Position numbers and translations under genes: made by a program
Assembly: GCA_963777505.1 (NCBI GenBank)
Contig: CAVZQN010000003.1
Coordinates: forward strand, 347,932 to 411,931
Direction: 5' to 3'
Source of the DNA: an uncultured bacterium
Lineage (GTDB): Bacteria > Acidobacteriota > HRBIN11 > JAKEFK01
DNA length: 64,000 bases
The notes under the pieces: generated by a model
What the model saw: the letters and a program-made list of their open reading frames with translations, nothing else
Database searches by the model: none
What the model was told of the DNA's origin: nothing
Shown here: one piece after another, positions 36,172 to 45,892 of the stretch
Numbering within the stretch: the first letter of the stretch is position 1
Layout: each line of letters opens with the position of its first letter

Positions 36172-36660
36172 ATGGACGTTTCCATCATAGCGGTTCGAGT
36201 ATTTTTTACGTTTGTTGTTTTATTGGTGTTACTCCGTTTATCCGGAAAACGGATTGTTGCCGAAAGTACGGTTTTTGATTTCATTCTTGCACTGATTGTT
36301 GGTGATCTGGTTGATGATGTGTTTTTTGGAGAGCAGCCTGTGAGCATGTTCATTGCTGCCTTAGGGACTCTAATCGTTCTTGAGGTTGTCATGAGATTGT
36401 TTTCTCTTGCCTATCCGAAATGCGCAAATTTGTTAGAAGGTAAACCGGTTCTTATCTTGAAAGATGGCGTTCCGAACCGTGCAAATTTGAAGAAGACACT
36501 TCTGGCACACAAGGAATTACGCGCTATGCTTCGCCTGGATGGGTTTCTCGTCCGTTGCTGGAAGGAAATCAGAGTCGCTTTTCTGGAACAAAATGGTCAT
36601 GCGTCTCTGTTTCTAAAGGATCAATACAAAAAAGCGCAGAAAGGTGATTTAGAAAAATGA
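36172..36660 (+). CDS. DUF421 (YetF-like) membrane protein, tandem paralog
   Basis: RLSGKRIVAESTVFDFILALIVGDL is paralogous to the upstream gene. Confidence 0.7.
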   Translation: MDVSIIAVRVFFTFVVLLVLLRLSGKRIVAESTVFDFILALIVGDLVDDVFFGEQPVSMFIAALGTLIVLEVVMRLFSLAYPKCANLLEGKPVLILKDGVPNRANLKKTLLAHKELRAMLRLDGFLVRCWKEIRVAFLEQNGHASLFLKDQYKKAQKGDLEK

Positions 36661-37055
36661 AGCGGTTAGCCTGGCTTTTAATCGTCGTGGCAGTCATATC
36701 AATTTTTTTGTTTGTGGATGTTTATTATTTAAAGGACAAAAGAGTATTTGTTCCATCGCCTGGTAATGTTGCGGCATCTTTTTTTGAATTCTTGTATTCA
36801 GGTCATTTCAACCAGGCGCGTCATCTTCTTTCCAGCAATCTGCAACAAAAGACCAGTGTTGAGGACTTAAGGGAATTTAAGAAAACGCTTGAATTAAGAT
36901 GGGGAAAAATCCAAAGAATTACGGATAAAAAATCGGAGTACAATTTGTCTCAAGCTTTAGCGACGGTAAAGTTAAGGACGGATAGGGGAAGATTCCAATT
37001 GCAGTTGCCTGCAGTGCGAGAGAGTGGCCTCTGGCGCATCTCAGGTTTACAATAA
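36657..37055 (+). CDS. Membrane-anchored hypothetical protein
   Basis: N-terminal TM helix. The start overlaps the upstream stop. Confidence 0.4.
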   Translation: MKRLAWLLIVVAVISIFLFVDVYYLKDKRVFVPSPGNVAASFFEFLYSGHFNQARHLLSSNLQQKTSVEDLREFKKTLELRWGKIQRITDKKSEYNLSQALATVKLRTDRGRFQLQLPAVRESGLWRISGLQ

Positions 37056-37070
37056 AACCTTCACAAATCA

Positions 37071-37094
37071 GTAGGGACGGGTCTAAGACCCGCC
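37071..37094. repeat. Family 2 GC-hairpin repeat copy
   Basis: GTAGGGACGGGTCTAAGACCCGCC. Confidence 0.55.
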
Positions 37095-37124
37095 TGGACC
37101 ACGGATTGGGTGGGGAGTGGTTAA

Positions 37125-40100
37125 TTGAATCAGGATCAAGAAACAATCCTATTGACGCTTGCTTTGAAGAAAGGCCTTTTGAACGAAAAGGATGTTCAAA
37201 ATGCTGAGGGTCAGGAAAATGCTGGGCAACGTGTTGATTGGCTTGTTAAACAAGGACGAATCGATCGTTCTACAATCGACCTCTTGCTGAATTCTGGCGA
37301 ATTTAAGGCAGAAACAAAGCAGCCTTCAGCCGGCGCAATTTCAATCGAAAATTTTCGGGAACCGGGTGCGCCAGCTTTCCCTGTATCAAATTGGGATCGA
37401 TATGAATTCGAAAAATATCTGGGCGAAGGAGGTATGGGACGTGTCTTTAAAGCAGTCGATCTACGTCTGAAACGGAATGTCGCACTGAAGTTCATGATGA
37501 GCACTGCTGGTGGAAGAACGAAACGATTGATCCGCGAAGCACAAGCTCTTGCGCGAATTCATCACGATAATGTGTGCCAGGTTTATGAAATTGGTGAAGT
37601 TGAGGGCAACCTTTACATCGCCATGCAATATGTCGAAGGTGTGACTCTGGATCATGCAGATGTCGATTCATTTTCACTGCAAGAAAAAGTGCGGATCATG
37701 TTGGAGACAGCAGAAGGGTTACATGCAGCTCATCAAACCGGAATCATTCATCGCGACATCAAACCAGCAAACATCATGATTCGAAAAAGTGAAGAAGGCA
37801 CATGGCATCCTGTGTTGATGGATTTCGGATTAGCCCGCGAAACAGAAGATGAAGGAATTACGGGGACTGGTTTTATCGTAGGTACGCCTGCATACATGGC
37901 CCCCGAACAAGCAACACTTGAAAGCGAACAACTCGATCGTAGAACTGATATTTACAGTCTTGGCGCGACCATGTACAACCTTTTCACCGGGCAGGCTCCA
38001 TTTTCAGGGACAACTCCATTGGAGATCATCCGTAAAGTCAATGAAAAAGATCCTGAACCGCTTAGCAATTTAAATCCACAAATTCCTGCAGATCTTCAGC
38101 GCGTTGTAATGAAGTGTTTGGAGAAGCAAAGGGAACGCCGTTATCAATCTGCTAAAGAATTAGCAGAAGATCTGCAACGTTTTCTCCAGGGTGAGCCTGT
38201 TCTTGCACGCCCGATGCATTCGATTCACAGAAAATTTCGTCGAGTTGTACGGAATAAGATTGCAACCGCTGCGCTCATTGTGCTTGCGGCTGCTGTGTTG
38301 ATTTATCTTGTTGTCACAATCCGTAGCCGCGCGGAAATTCAAAATCGTTTGCGTCTCGCCAATGAATTTGTTCAAGAAGTACGATACGTCGACGAATTTA
38401 TGCGTCATGCACTGACAGCTCCATTGCATGACATTCGCCCGGAACGACAAAACGTCAGGGAAAGATTGAAGCAATTTGAAAAACGTGTCATTGAATCCGG
38501 TGCCGCGGGAGCCGGACCTGGTGCTTACGTAATGGGAAGAGGTCATCTTGCATTGAAAGAGCCGGAAACGGCACGGAAATGGTTAGAAAAAGCGATCGCT
38601 GCCAATTATAAAGTTCCTGAAGTTGACTACGCGCTTGGCTTAACACTTGGCGAATTGTTTCAAAAAGAATCAGAAGAAGCCGATCGAATTCCGAATAAGC
38701 AACTTCGAGAATCACGAAAAAAGGAATTGGAAAAAGAATTCAAGGAGCCTGCAATTGCGTTGCTGAGATCAACTCAAAAACTTCAAGTGGAATCTCCGGA
38801 ATATGCAGAAGCGTTGATCTTGTTTTACGACCGGCAATATTCAAAAGCTTTAACGAAACTTTCGGAAGCCCTTATTCGCGTGCCATGGTTATATGAAGCG
38901 CAAGTTTTGCAAGGCAAAATCTATTCCGCTCAAGCTCAGGATGCGCGGGATCGCGGATCGAACGATACTGCTATGGAACTTTTCTTAAAGGCAGATGAAT
39001 CCTATCGCAATGCGATGGGGCTCGGACGCAGTGATCCATCTCCATATTCTGCAGCCTGCGGATTGTGGGTGCAGGTGATGAACTTGAATTTGTATGGAGC
39101 CGGAGGCGAACTCGAACCTCATCTTCAAAAAGTAAGAAAGAATTGCGGGCTTGCATTAAAAGCAGATCCTGATCTTGAACTTGCGTACCTCGAACAATCA
39201 CATGCGTTGAAGTTGATCAGTGAGTCTCGAATCGGACGCGGCCTCGATCCATCGGAGTATCTCAAGGAATCTGAAGATCTTGCGCAGAAAGCTCTAAAGT
39301 TGTCACCGCGAAATGCAAGAGCTTACAATCAAATCGGAATGACTCTGACAATGCGCGGACTTTATGAATATGAAATTGGAAGCGATCCGACAGAATCTTT
39401 AAAAAAGGCGCGAAACTATTTGCAATCTTCGATTTCTGTGAACCCTACATATGTGTATGCGCACAATAATCTTGGCATCTGCAATCTATATTATGGGGAC
39501 TATCTTCTTTCGCGCAGCGAGGATCCATCACCGCCTATTAAAGATGCCATTCATGCGTTTGAGCAAGCAATTCAAATTAAGCCTGATTACAGCGGTGCTT
39601 TCAACAATATGGGCAATGCCTATTTATCGCTTGCTGAATGGGATTTCACGCATGGAAAGGATCCATTTCCGTATGCACAGAAAGCTGTCAGTAGTTATCA
39701 GAATGCTGTAAAAGCAAATCCTGCAGAATCATACACACTGCAGAACCTGGGTCTTGCTTACACTCAGCTTGCCAGTTATGAAATCGAAAAGAATATTGAT
39801 CCGACTCCGCACACGACACAAGCGATTGATGCATACGAGCAGGCAATTCAAATCAATCCAGAAAATACAGGCGGTTATGTAAATCTGGCGGTAACATTTT
39901 TGTATCGTGCTGAATATGACATGGAACATGGAAAGAATCCGGAAACAGATTTAAACTCAGCAATCAAGAGTTCACTTAAAGCAGTTGAGATCAATCCATC
40001 TGAATTCCGCTCACTGACAAACATCGGCAGCGCATATAAGAATCGCGCAGAATATTTTTTGATGACTGGGAAATATTCCAGTGAAGATTTCAGCCAGGCT

Positions 40101-40529
40101 GAAAAATATTATCGAAAAGCTCTTTCAGTACGGCAAGGACAAGGTTCAGCCCAGAGAAGATTAGGCCATCTTTATATTCTGCAAGCTCAGCATGAACTTG
40201 AATCCGGAGGCGATCCGCGCGGCGCGATCCGCAAAGCTGAAGAAGCTTTAAAGAAAGCTGCAGAAATTGAACCGGATGAATATGAAGTGCTGGTATCTAA
40301 AGCTCAAACTGAAGTGCTGAAAGCTCGTGATGCAATCATTCGAGGCAGCAATCCCAATAAATATTTTGCTCAAGCCGACAAATTCTTTGAAGAGGCGTTG
40401 AAAATAAATCCAGATTATCCCCAAATCTTGCTGGCAAGATCTCAACGCGATTTTTTTGAAGCGGAATGGAAACTGAAGGCGGGTAAGGATGCAACAGAGA
40501 ATGTTGTATCGCGGACTCACCACAACTGA
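37125..40529 (+). CDS. Ser/Thr protein kinase with one TM helix and a C-terminal TPR-like repeat region of about 750 aa
   Basis: GEGGMGRVF, VALK, HRDIKPANIM, DFGLAR, APE motifs, then a TM helix (IATAALIVLAAAVLIYLVV), then more than 12 repeats. Confidence 0.85.
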   Translation: MNQDQETILLTLALKKGLLNEKDVQNAEGQENAGQRVDWLVKQGRIDRSTIDLLLNSGEFKAETKQPSAGAISIENFREPGAPAFPVSNWDRYEFEKYLGEGGMGRVFKAVDLRLKRNVALKFMMSTAGGRTKRLIREAQALARIHHDNVCQVYEIGEVEGNLYIAMQYVEGVTLDHADVDSFSLQEKVRIMLETAEGLHAAHQTGIIHRDIKPANIMIRKSEEGTWHPVLMDFGLARETEDEGITGTGFIVGTPAYMAPEQATLESEQLDRRTDIYSLGATMYNLFTGQAPFSGTTPLEIIRKVNEKDPEPLSNLNPQIPADLQRVVMKCLEKQRERRYQSAKELAEDLQRFLQGEPVLARPMHSIHRKFRRVVRNKIATAALIVLAAAVLIYLVVTIRSRAEIQNRLRLANEFVQEVRYVDEFMRHALTAPLHDIRPERQNVRERLKQFEKRVIESGAAGAGPGAYVMGRGHLALKEPETARKWLEKAIAANYKVPEVDYALGLTLGELFQKESEEADRIPNKQLRESRKKELEKEFKEPAIALLRSTQKLQVESPEYAEALILFYDRQYSKALTKLSEALIRVPWLYEAQVLQGKIYSAQAQDARDRGSNDTAMELFLKADESYRNAMGLGRSDPSPYSAACGLWVQVMNLNLYGAGGELEPHLQKVRKNCGLALKADPDLELAYLEQSHALKLISESRIGRGLDPSEYLKESEDLAQKALKLSPRNARAYNQIGMTLTMRGLYEYEIGSDPTESLKKARNYLQSSISVNPTYVYAHNNLGICNLYYGDYLLSRSEDPSPPIKDAIHAFEQAIQIKPDYSGAFNNMGNAYLSLAEWDFTHGKDPFPYAQKAVSSYQNAVKANPAESYTLQNLGLAYTQLASYEIEKNIDPTPHTTQAIDAYEQAIQINPENTGGYVNLAVTFLYRAEYDMEHGKNPETDLNSAIKSSLKAVEINPSEFRSLTNIGSAYKNRAEYFLMTGKYSSEDFSQAEKYYRKALSVRQGQGSAQRRLGHLYILQAQHELESGGDPRGAIRKAEEALKKAAEIEPDEYEVLVSKAQTEVLKARDAIIRGSNPNKYFAQADKFFEEALKINPDYPQILLARSQRDFFEAEWKLKAGKDATENVVSRTHHN

Positions 40530-40740
40530 AAACGTGCTGAATAAGGTCGGTGGCTCAGCTCAGGCGTTTTTGATTAAAGGTAAACTCTTGCTGATCAAAG
40601 CCCAAGCTTCCCAAAATCCAAAAGAGCGTTCTGAATTCGCACAAAGTGCTGTTGAATCTTTAGAAAAAGCTGTATCCGTGAACTCGAATCTCAAAAACGA
40701 GTGTGGCCCGTTGATTGTGAAATCACAGGGCTTGCTTTGA
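40489..40740 (+). other. +1-frame ORF continuing the TPR-like repeat pattern of the kinase (putative frameshifted tail)
   Basis: The translation ..TENVLNKVGGSAQAFLIKGKLLLIKA..QNPKERSEFAQSAVESLEKAV matches the upstream repeat pattern G.(D/N)P......A..S...A...NP. Confidence 0.3.
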
Positions 40741-40744
40741 TGAA

Positions 40745-42811
40745 TTATGTTGTCGTGGGTGGCGGGTGGTTAAGCCAGTCTTTGTGGACAACGAATCTTC
40801 GAAATTCAGAAGACGTCATTAATCGAACTATGTAGCGGATCTTTTCCAGGGTGTAACTTACCCACATAATTCTATGAACGGATAAAGGATCACGCTGGTG
40901 TGAGTGTCGTATCCAGATATAGAACATTTTAGGGAATCCTGAAAGTAACTTTATCAAATCAACGAACAACTGCATTTTCCCCGGCATGTGTTGCGAATAC
41001 TTCGTATATGAATCCGAAGCGCCCCAATTGCGAGACCAGTGTTTGAGATAAGCAATACTCATTCTGCGTTTTGGAATATTGTGGTGAACTCTTGCATCGT
41101 GTATGAAGCCGACATGCTTTCCATTTTGCCAAAGCTTGCGAAGTAAACCGGATTCTCCATCGCCAAGCCATGTATCGCCAAAGGATTCAGGATTAAATCC
41201 CCCTAGTTCAAACAGCAATTTTTTTTCTATCGCCAGATTTACGCCAAAGAAAAAACAATCAGGAGTTAAACGAAAGGTATTAAACGGCTTCATCAAACCA
41301 AGTGCCGGAAAGAATTTGCCATCTGAAATCAGGTTTGATAACCATTCCTCAGGATTTTCCTCCCACAGTGGTTCTACCGGTCCTCCCGCTGCATTCATCA
41401 ATGGATGACTTTGGAAAGCATGCAGATAAGACTGAATCCAATTGGGATCGACACTCGCATCATCATCAGTGAATAAAACGATTTCGCCTTTTGCAGCCCT
41501 GGCGCCGGCATGTCTTGCGTTGTGCAATCCTAAATTCTTTTCGTATACATATCTGAGCTGCGGATTATTTGCAGACAGACTTGAAATGTATTCATGAGTC
41601 CGGTCAGTTGAGGCATTGTCCACCAAAATAATTTCATATGAATCAGGCGGGGCAGTCTGTTTAAAGTGCGATGGCAAAGTCGTTTTCAATCTCGGTTCGC
41701 CATTATGGGTGGAAATAATGACAGAAATTAATGGATGAGTTGAGTAAAATTTTTGCCTTTTTTTTAAAAATTCCTGAACATTGGAATCTGTCGGCTGATC
41801 GACCTCATTTACTTTCGCAATTTTCCAATTTCCCCGATGCTGAAATAGTCTCTTTCTCAAAAGACGTCTGAAAGGATAAACAAGGAATCGATAGACCACT
41901 CCAGAAAAGCTGATTGCGCTTATGAACGAGGATAGGAATCTCATTTCTACGCTACGCGAATATTTCGATGCCTGATCAAAAGCGCGGTGCGCTTCTTTCT
42001 TGAATCCTCGTTCCATTAATGTATCTGCGCTGAACAACATGAGACCAGCTAACGCATCGCTTCGATTTACGGAGTTGAGGTTGTTTTCGTTGAGGTGATT
42101 CCAAACAAGTTCTGCGGCGTAACGTTTTGATTCTTCAAGGCGTGGTGTTGCGCCTAAATTAAAACTTCTTGGAAGATCATGATCCCGCATAAATTGGAGG
42201 ATCAATGGAACAAAAACGTAATTGATCTCCTTACAGATTGCGCGAATATGAAATTCCCAATCATCGTAGCCAATTCCAAGATCCGTTTTCCAACCTCCTA
42301 AAGCTTCCAACGTTGAACGCCGCCAGAAGGCTGAGCCTGTATGCCAAACTGGATCGTCCCAAAGAAAACGATCTAGATGAAATTCCGGTAATGGTGAATT
42401 CCATAAAACTCCGAAGTCTCCTGGAATGTTTTTGAAATACTCATCCAGGCTATAGCACATGTCCACCGCCGGATCAGAATCCAGTACCTCCTTACAGACT
42501 TCGATTTTTTTGGGATGCAATAAGTCATCTGAATCCAGGAATTGAATGTATTTGCCTAGAGCTTCCTGCACACCTCGATTTCTAGCAATACAAACTCCAG
42601 CATGATCTTGCTTGATGAGGCGCGCACGGTCTTGAACATCCGGATGATTTATGATGGCTTCTATTTCAGTGAGTGTTTTCTGATCCGAACCGTCATCAAC
42701 GATGATTACTTCTATCGCGGAATAGGATTGCTTTACTGCTGAGAGTACCGCTTCTAATACAAATTCGGATCGTTGATAGGTTGGAATAATGATGGAAACG
42801 TCGGGCTTCAT
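40745..42811 (-). CDS. Family 2 glycosyltransferase with two GT2 domains
   Basis: Two separate GT-A signatures (VSIIIPTYQR..VIIVDDGSD and ISVIISTHNGE..IILVDNASTD). Confidence 0.8.
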   Translation of the reverse strand: MKPDVSIIIPTYQRSEFVLEAVLSAVKQSYSAIEVIIVDDGSDQKTLTEIEAIINHPDVQDRARLIKQDHAGVCIARNRGVQEALGKYIQFLDSDDLLHPKKIEVCKEVLDSDPAVDMCYSLDEYFKNIPGDFGVLWNSPLPEFHLDRFLWDDPVWHTGSAFWRRSTLEALGGWKTDLGIGYDDWEFHIRAICKEINYVFVPLILQFMRDHDLPRSFNLGATPRLEESKRYAAELVWNHLNENNLNSVNRSDALAGLMLFSADTLMERGFKKEAHRAFDQASKYSRSVEMRFLSSFISAISFSGVVYRFLVYPFRRLLRKRLFQHRGNWKIAKVNEVDQPTDSNVQEFLKKRQKFYSTHPLISVIISTHNGEPRLKTTLPSHFKQTAPPDSYEIILVDNASTDRTHEYISSLSANNPQLRYVYEKNLGLHNARHAGARAAKGEIVLFTDDDASVDPNWIQSYLHAFQSHPLMNAAGGPVEPLWEENPEEWLSNLISDGKFFPALGLMKPFNTFRLTPDCFFFGVNLAIEKKLLFELGGFNPESFGDTWLGDGESGLLRKLWQNGKHVGFIHDARVHHNIPKRRMSIAYLKHWSRNWGASDSYTKYSQHMPGKMQLFVDLIKLLSGFPKMFYIWIRHSHQRDPLSVHRIMWVSYTLEKIRYIVRLMTSSEFRRFVVHKDWLNHPPPTTT

Positions 42812-43719
42812 TCAGACTTAGCGGTGCCGGCCATGATTAACGAACGAAGAGGTTTTGTAATACGAAGCAAAAATCGGATTATTGCCACGATCGGCGTTGT
42901 CCATGGTTTGATGCGTGGCATCATATCAAGCTGCCGGATCATGACTTCTCGATTGAATGGACGCTTCAAACCTCCAGAAGTCAAAGTGTGTGTTGCATCT
43001 TTCAGTGAAATTTCCCGCGCAGCCGCGCCTGCTAATTTTATGTTGTGATCTGCTTCCGGACCATCCCACGTTTTGCCTGTTCCTTTTGGAATATGCTTGT
43101 AATCATGATTTTGATGCACGATTGAAATCGAAGACGTGGCATCAATGAGCGGATAGCCATCAGCTCTTGCAGAATATAAGAACCAGTTATCCCATGCAGG
43201 CCTTCCAATAATAAATGGCGGCATCCGCGTTCCGACTTTTTGAGTAAACACAAAGTAATCGATAGCCCAGGCTTCTTCAAGTATTCCAGATGCCTGAATC
43301 TCTTTTCTTAAACGATCCTGCCAGCCTTCTGAAAAATCAAGTGGTTCTACAATGTCAAGATTCCACCTTTGTCCGCAAAGCAAAAATTGTTTCTTCAGGT
43401 TCTGGGTTTGTTGAATCGACTTGACAAAATCAGCCATCAAAATGATATCGGAATTGATGTAACAGAGCAGCGGATCAGTAGACATTTTTCGCGCTTTTTG
43501 AAAAACATCTTGAATGATCGGAGTACCATATTCACTTGTTGCAACTTCCGGAACGTGTTCAAGATTCATTTCTGCTGCAATCTCTTTAGTCCCTTCATCA
43601 CTTCCAAAAAGGATCAATCGTGGCCGCGGCTGCAGTAATGTCCAGCTTCGAATAGCGTTCCGTTGGATGATGTTAATGTGTCCACGAAAAGCTTTTGGAA
43701 TTGCGAAGAGGGTTAACAT
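42808..43719 (-). CDS. Hypothetical protein, possibly a GT-A-fold glycosyltransferase
   Basis: No strong motif. It overlaps and is co-oriented with the GT2 gene and the sulfatase-like gene. Confidence 0.3.
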   Translation of the reverse strand: MLTLFAIPKAFRGHINIIQRNAIRSWTLLQPRPRLILFGSDEGTKEIAAEMNLEHVPEVATSEYGTPIIQDVFQKARKMSTDPLLCYINSDIILMADFVKSIQQTQNLKKQFLLCGQRWNLDIVEPLDFSEGWQDRLRKEIQASGILEEAWAIDYFVFTQKVGTRMPPFIIGRPAWDNWFLYSARADGYPLIDATSSISIVHQNHDYKHIPKGTGKTWDGPEADHNIKLAGAAAREISLKDATHTLTSGGLKRPFNREVMIRQLDMMPRIKPWTTPIVAIIRFLLRITKPLRSLIMAGTAKSE

Positions 43720-45822
43720 TTATGGTGTCTCAACTCTTGCAATCTCTGGCTCTGAAGATTTCAACAGCACATATTTGCCATTCGAATTTCGCAAAAAGAT
43801 TTGTACGTCATTGTGTCCTTTGACAAATGCTGATTCAGGTAACATCACGCGAAAACTATGAATTCCTTTTTTTCGCAAAGGGCGGGTTTGTCCTGTGGAT
43901 TGGAATGTTCCATTTAATGCGACAGCAATATTCCTTTTTTCTGCACCAAGCTCTGTGGATTCAATTGTGCCTGATAACAAAGCTGGAATGAAGGTGGATT
44001 CCGGATCAACATTTCCTAAGCGTTCCTTTTTATGAATCTGGATCCGAGCGTTGGAGGTTGAAATGTTTGTAGTCGCTGGTTGGCGAATCAGCCATTGATC
44101 CGGACCTGCATAAAACAAATTTGCAGAATTCTCTTCTCCGAACCAGATAATCTTCCGGTCAACTGATCGTTGAATTTGTTTCAAATCAGAGGAGAAAGTC
44201 CTTCGGACTTTTTCGCCTGAAAGAAATGAGCGTTTATTTTGTCTTGAAGGTTCCTTTTTCACCAAGGAAAATCCATCTACTTGCCATGGAATCGAAAAAT
44301 CCAAAACTTCAGCAATCGTTGGAAGTATATCGACCGTTTCCGTATTCCAGTCAACAATTTGTCCAGTCTTTTGATCCGGATATTTTATGAATAGAGGCAC
44401 CCATAACATTTCAGGATAATTTTTCTTCTGAACTTTGCGGAGCTCAGCTCCTTCTGTTAAGCCAAGTCCGTGATCTCCCACAAAAACGATCATGGATGAA
44501 TCATACAGGTTTTCTTCTTTTAACTTGTGAACTAATTCCCCGATTAATCCATCAAGAAATTGAACTTGAAGCAAAAGCCTTTGGTACGATTCCTTCACTA
44601 CAGTTTCACTTTCCCAGGATGTCGTTTGAACCAGTGCGATATTTTCGATTTCAAATGGATCATATGTTCGCCCCGAAGGAAGAAATTCCCAAATTCTGTG
44701 CGGCAACAGGATATGTAGATATCGAAGTATTGGTTTGTTTTCGGATTCAAGCGAACTCAGAAAATCGTCAAACGTTTTTCTTCTTCCGTTTCGATGATTG
44801 GGAGAGCGAATCTGATTTTGTCGTACTTTAAAATTACCCCAATTGTTTTGAATCGAAGGTAAATTGCGGCTCAATGCTGATGGAAGCACCACATGCCCGT
44901 AAATGATCGATAAATCAGAAATAATTTCAGCAATATTGCTCGAGCTCTTCGAATGCGGGTCTTTGAGCTTTTCCGGAAAGAGTTGAGTCGCGAACTCAGT
45001 TGCTTGCATTGAATACGAATTTTGTAACAACGTGAAAAGGGTATTCGGGTAATCCAGGGGAACCGGGACCGCTCCAGCATTCGCATAACGGCCTGTAAGC
45101 ATCGTTGGAATCGAATAAGTAGTTTGATCTGCAGAGGTAGTTGTATTTCGGTAGAAGGAAGCTTTTTGAGAAAGGCTGTGAAAGTTTGGAAAAAGATGAG
45201 AATCAATTTTCAAGTCTTTATTCAAAAGAGCAACAAGCGGGAATTCGTCAAATACGACAACTATAAGGGGAGCCGGATTTTTCGGAACAACTGTTGTGCT
45301 GATGGGCGTCTCAGAGCTATAGAGTTTTTTGATTTGAGGATTGAGCAGAAGCAATGTTGGGACTATCAGAATCGCCGGAGACAAAAATAGTAAGTATGAA
45401 GAAATTACTTTTTTGTACCCAATCGAAAATAGAATCAGACTGAAAAAAAAGATACAAACCATGACGAGGATTCCAATTGAAGGGCTTAATCCTCGCGCTA
45501 TTTGCATCAAAATTGAAGTGAGCAGAACAGCAAAAACAAAAGCACGATAGCCTTGTTGAAAATGTTTCCCAACTTTTCCTGCGAGTAGATATAAAACAAA
45601 AAGTAAAAGAGGCGCAAGAAAACTGAGACAGAAAACAAAAAGCAGAAGTGATGTATTCCTTATGTCATGGAAAACAAAAAACTCTGGCGCTTTTACAAGG
45701 GTTGAATACAAAGATTGCAGTGCAAGGTTGAACAGCGCAAAAAACGGTAAAGCTTCTTTTATTTTGTTCGGGTTCGTTGGATGTTCTCCCAATTTAATAT
45801 TGTTTCTTACCACGAAGTTCAC
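43720..45822 (-). CDS. Membrane-anchored sulfatase-family (LtaS/phosphoglycerol-transferase-like) enzyme
   Basis: About 5 N-terminal TM helices. Alkaline-phosphatase-superfamily motif MIVFVGDHGLGL. The annotated start is a GTG inside the hairpin array, so the true start is uncertain. Confidence 0.5.
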   Translation of the reverse strand: MNFVVRNNIKLGEHPTNPNKIKEALPFFALFNLALQSLYSTLVKAPEFFVFHDIRNTSLLLFVFCLSFLAPLLLFVLYLLAGKVGKHFQQGYRAFVFAVLLTSILMQIARGLSPSIGILVMVCIFFFSLILFSIGYKKVISSYLLFLSPAILIVPTLLLLNPQIKKLYSSETPISTTVVPKNPAPLIVVVFDEFPLVALLNKDLKIDSHLFPNFHSLSQKASFYRNTTTSADQTTYSIPTMLTGRYANAGAVPVPLDYPNTLFTLLQNSYSMQATEFATQLFPEKLKDPHSKSSSNIAEIISDLSIIYGHVVLPSALSRNLPSIQNNWGNFKVRQNQIRSPNHRNGRRKTFDDFLSSLESENKPILRYLHILLPHRIWEFLPSGRTYDPFEIENIALVQTTSWESETVVKESYQRLLLQVQFLDGLIGELVHKLKEENLYDSSMIVFVGDHGLGLTEGAELRKVQKKNYPEMLWVPLFIKYPDQKTGQIVDWNTETVDILPTIAEVLDFSIPWQVDGFSLVKKEPSRQNKRSFLSGEKVRRTFSSDLKQIQRSVDRKIIWFGEENSANLFYAGPDQWLIRQPATTNISTSNARIQIHKKERLGNVDPESTFIPALLSGTIESTELGAEKRNIAVALNGTFQSTGQTRPLRKKGIHSFRVMLPESAFVKGHNDVQIFLRNSNGKYVLLKSSEPEIARVETP

Positions 45823-45886
45823 GAAGTATCACGAAGTCGGTTTCTACAGCAATTGTATCTTCGTGCTTCTTCGTGATCTTCGTGGT
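45810..45886. promoter_or_regulatory. Symmetric heptamer array: 3x CACGAAG, a 17-nt spacer, then 3x CTTCGTG (candidate operator or terminator hairpin)
   Basis: CACGAAGTTCACGAAGTATCACGAAGTCGG..TCTTCGTGCTTCTTCGTGATCTTCGTGG. It lies between the LuxR regulator stop and the sulfatase-like gene start. Confidence 0.55.
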
Positions 45887-45892
45887 TTCATC

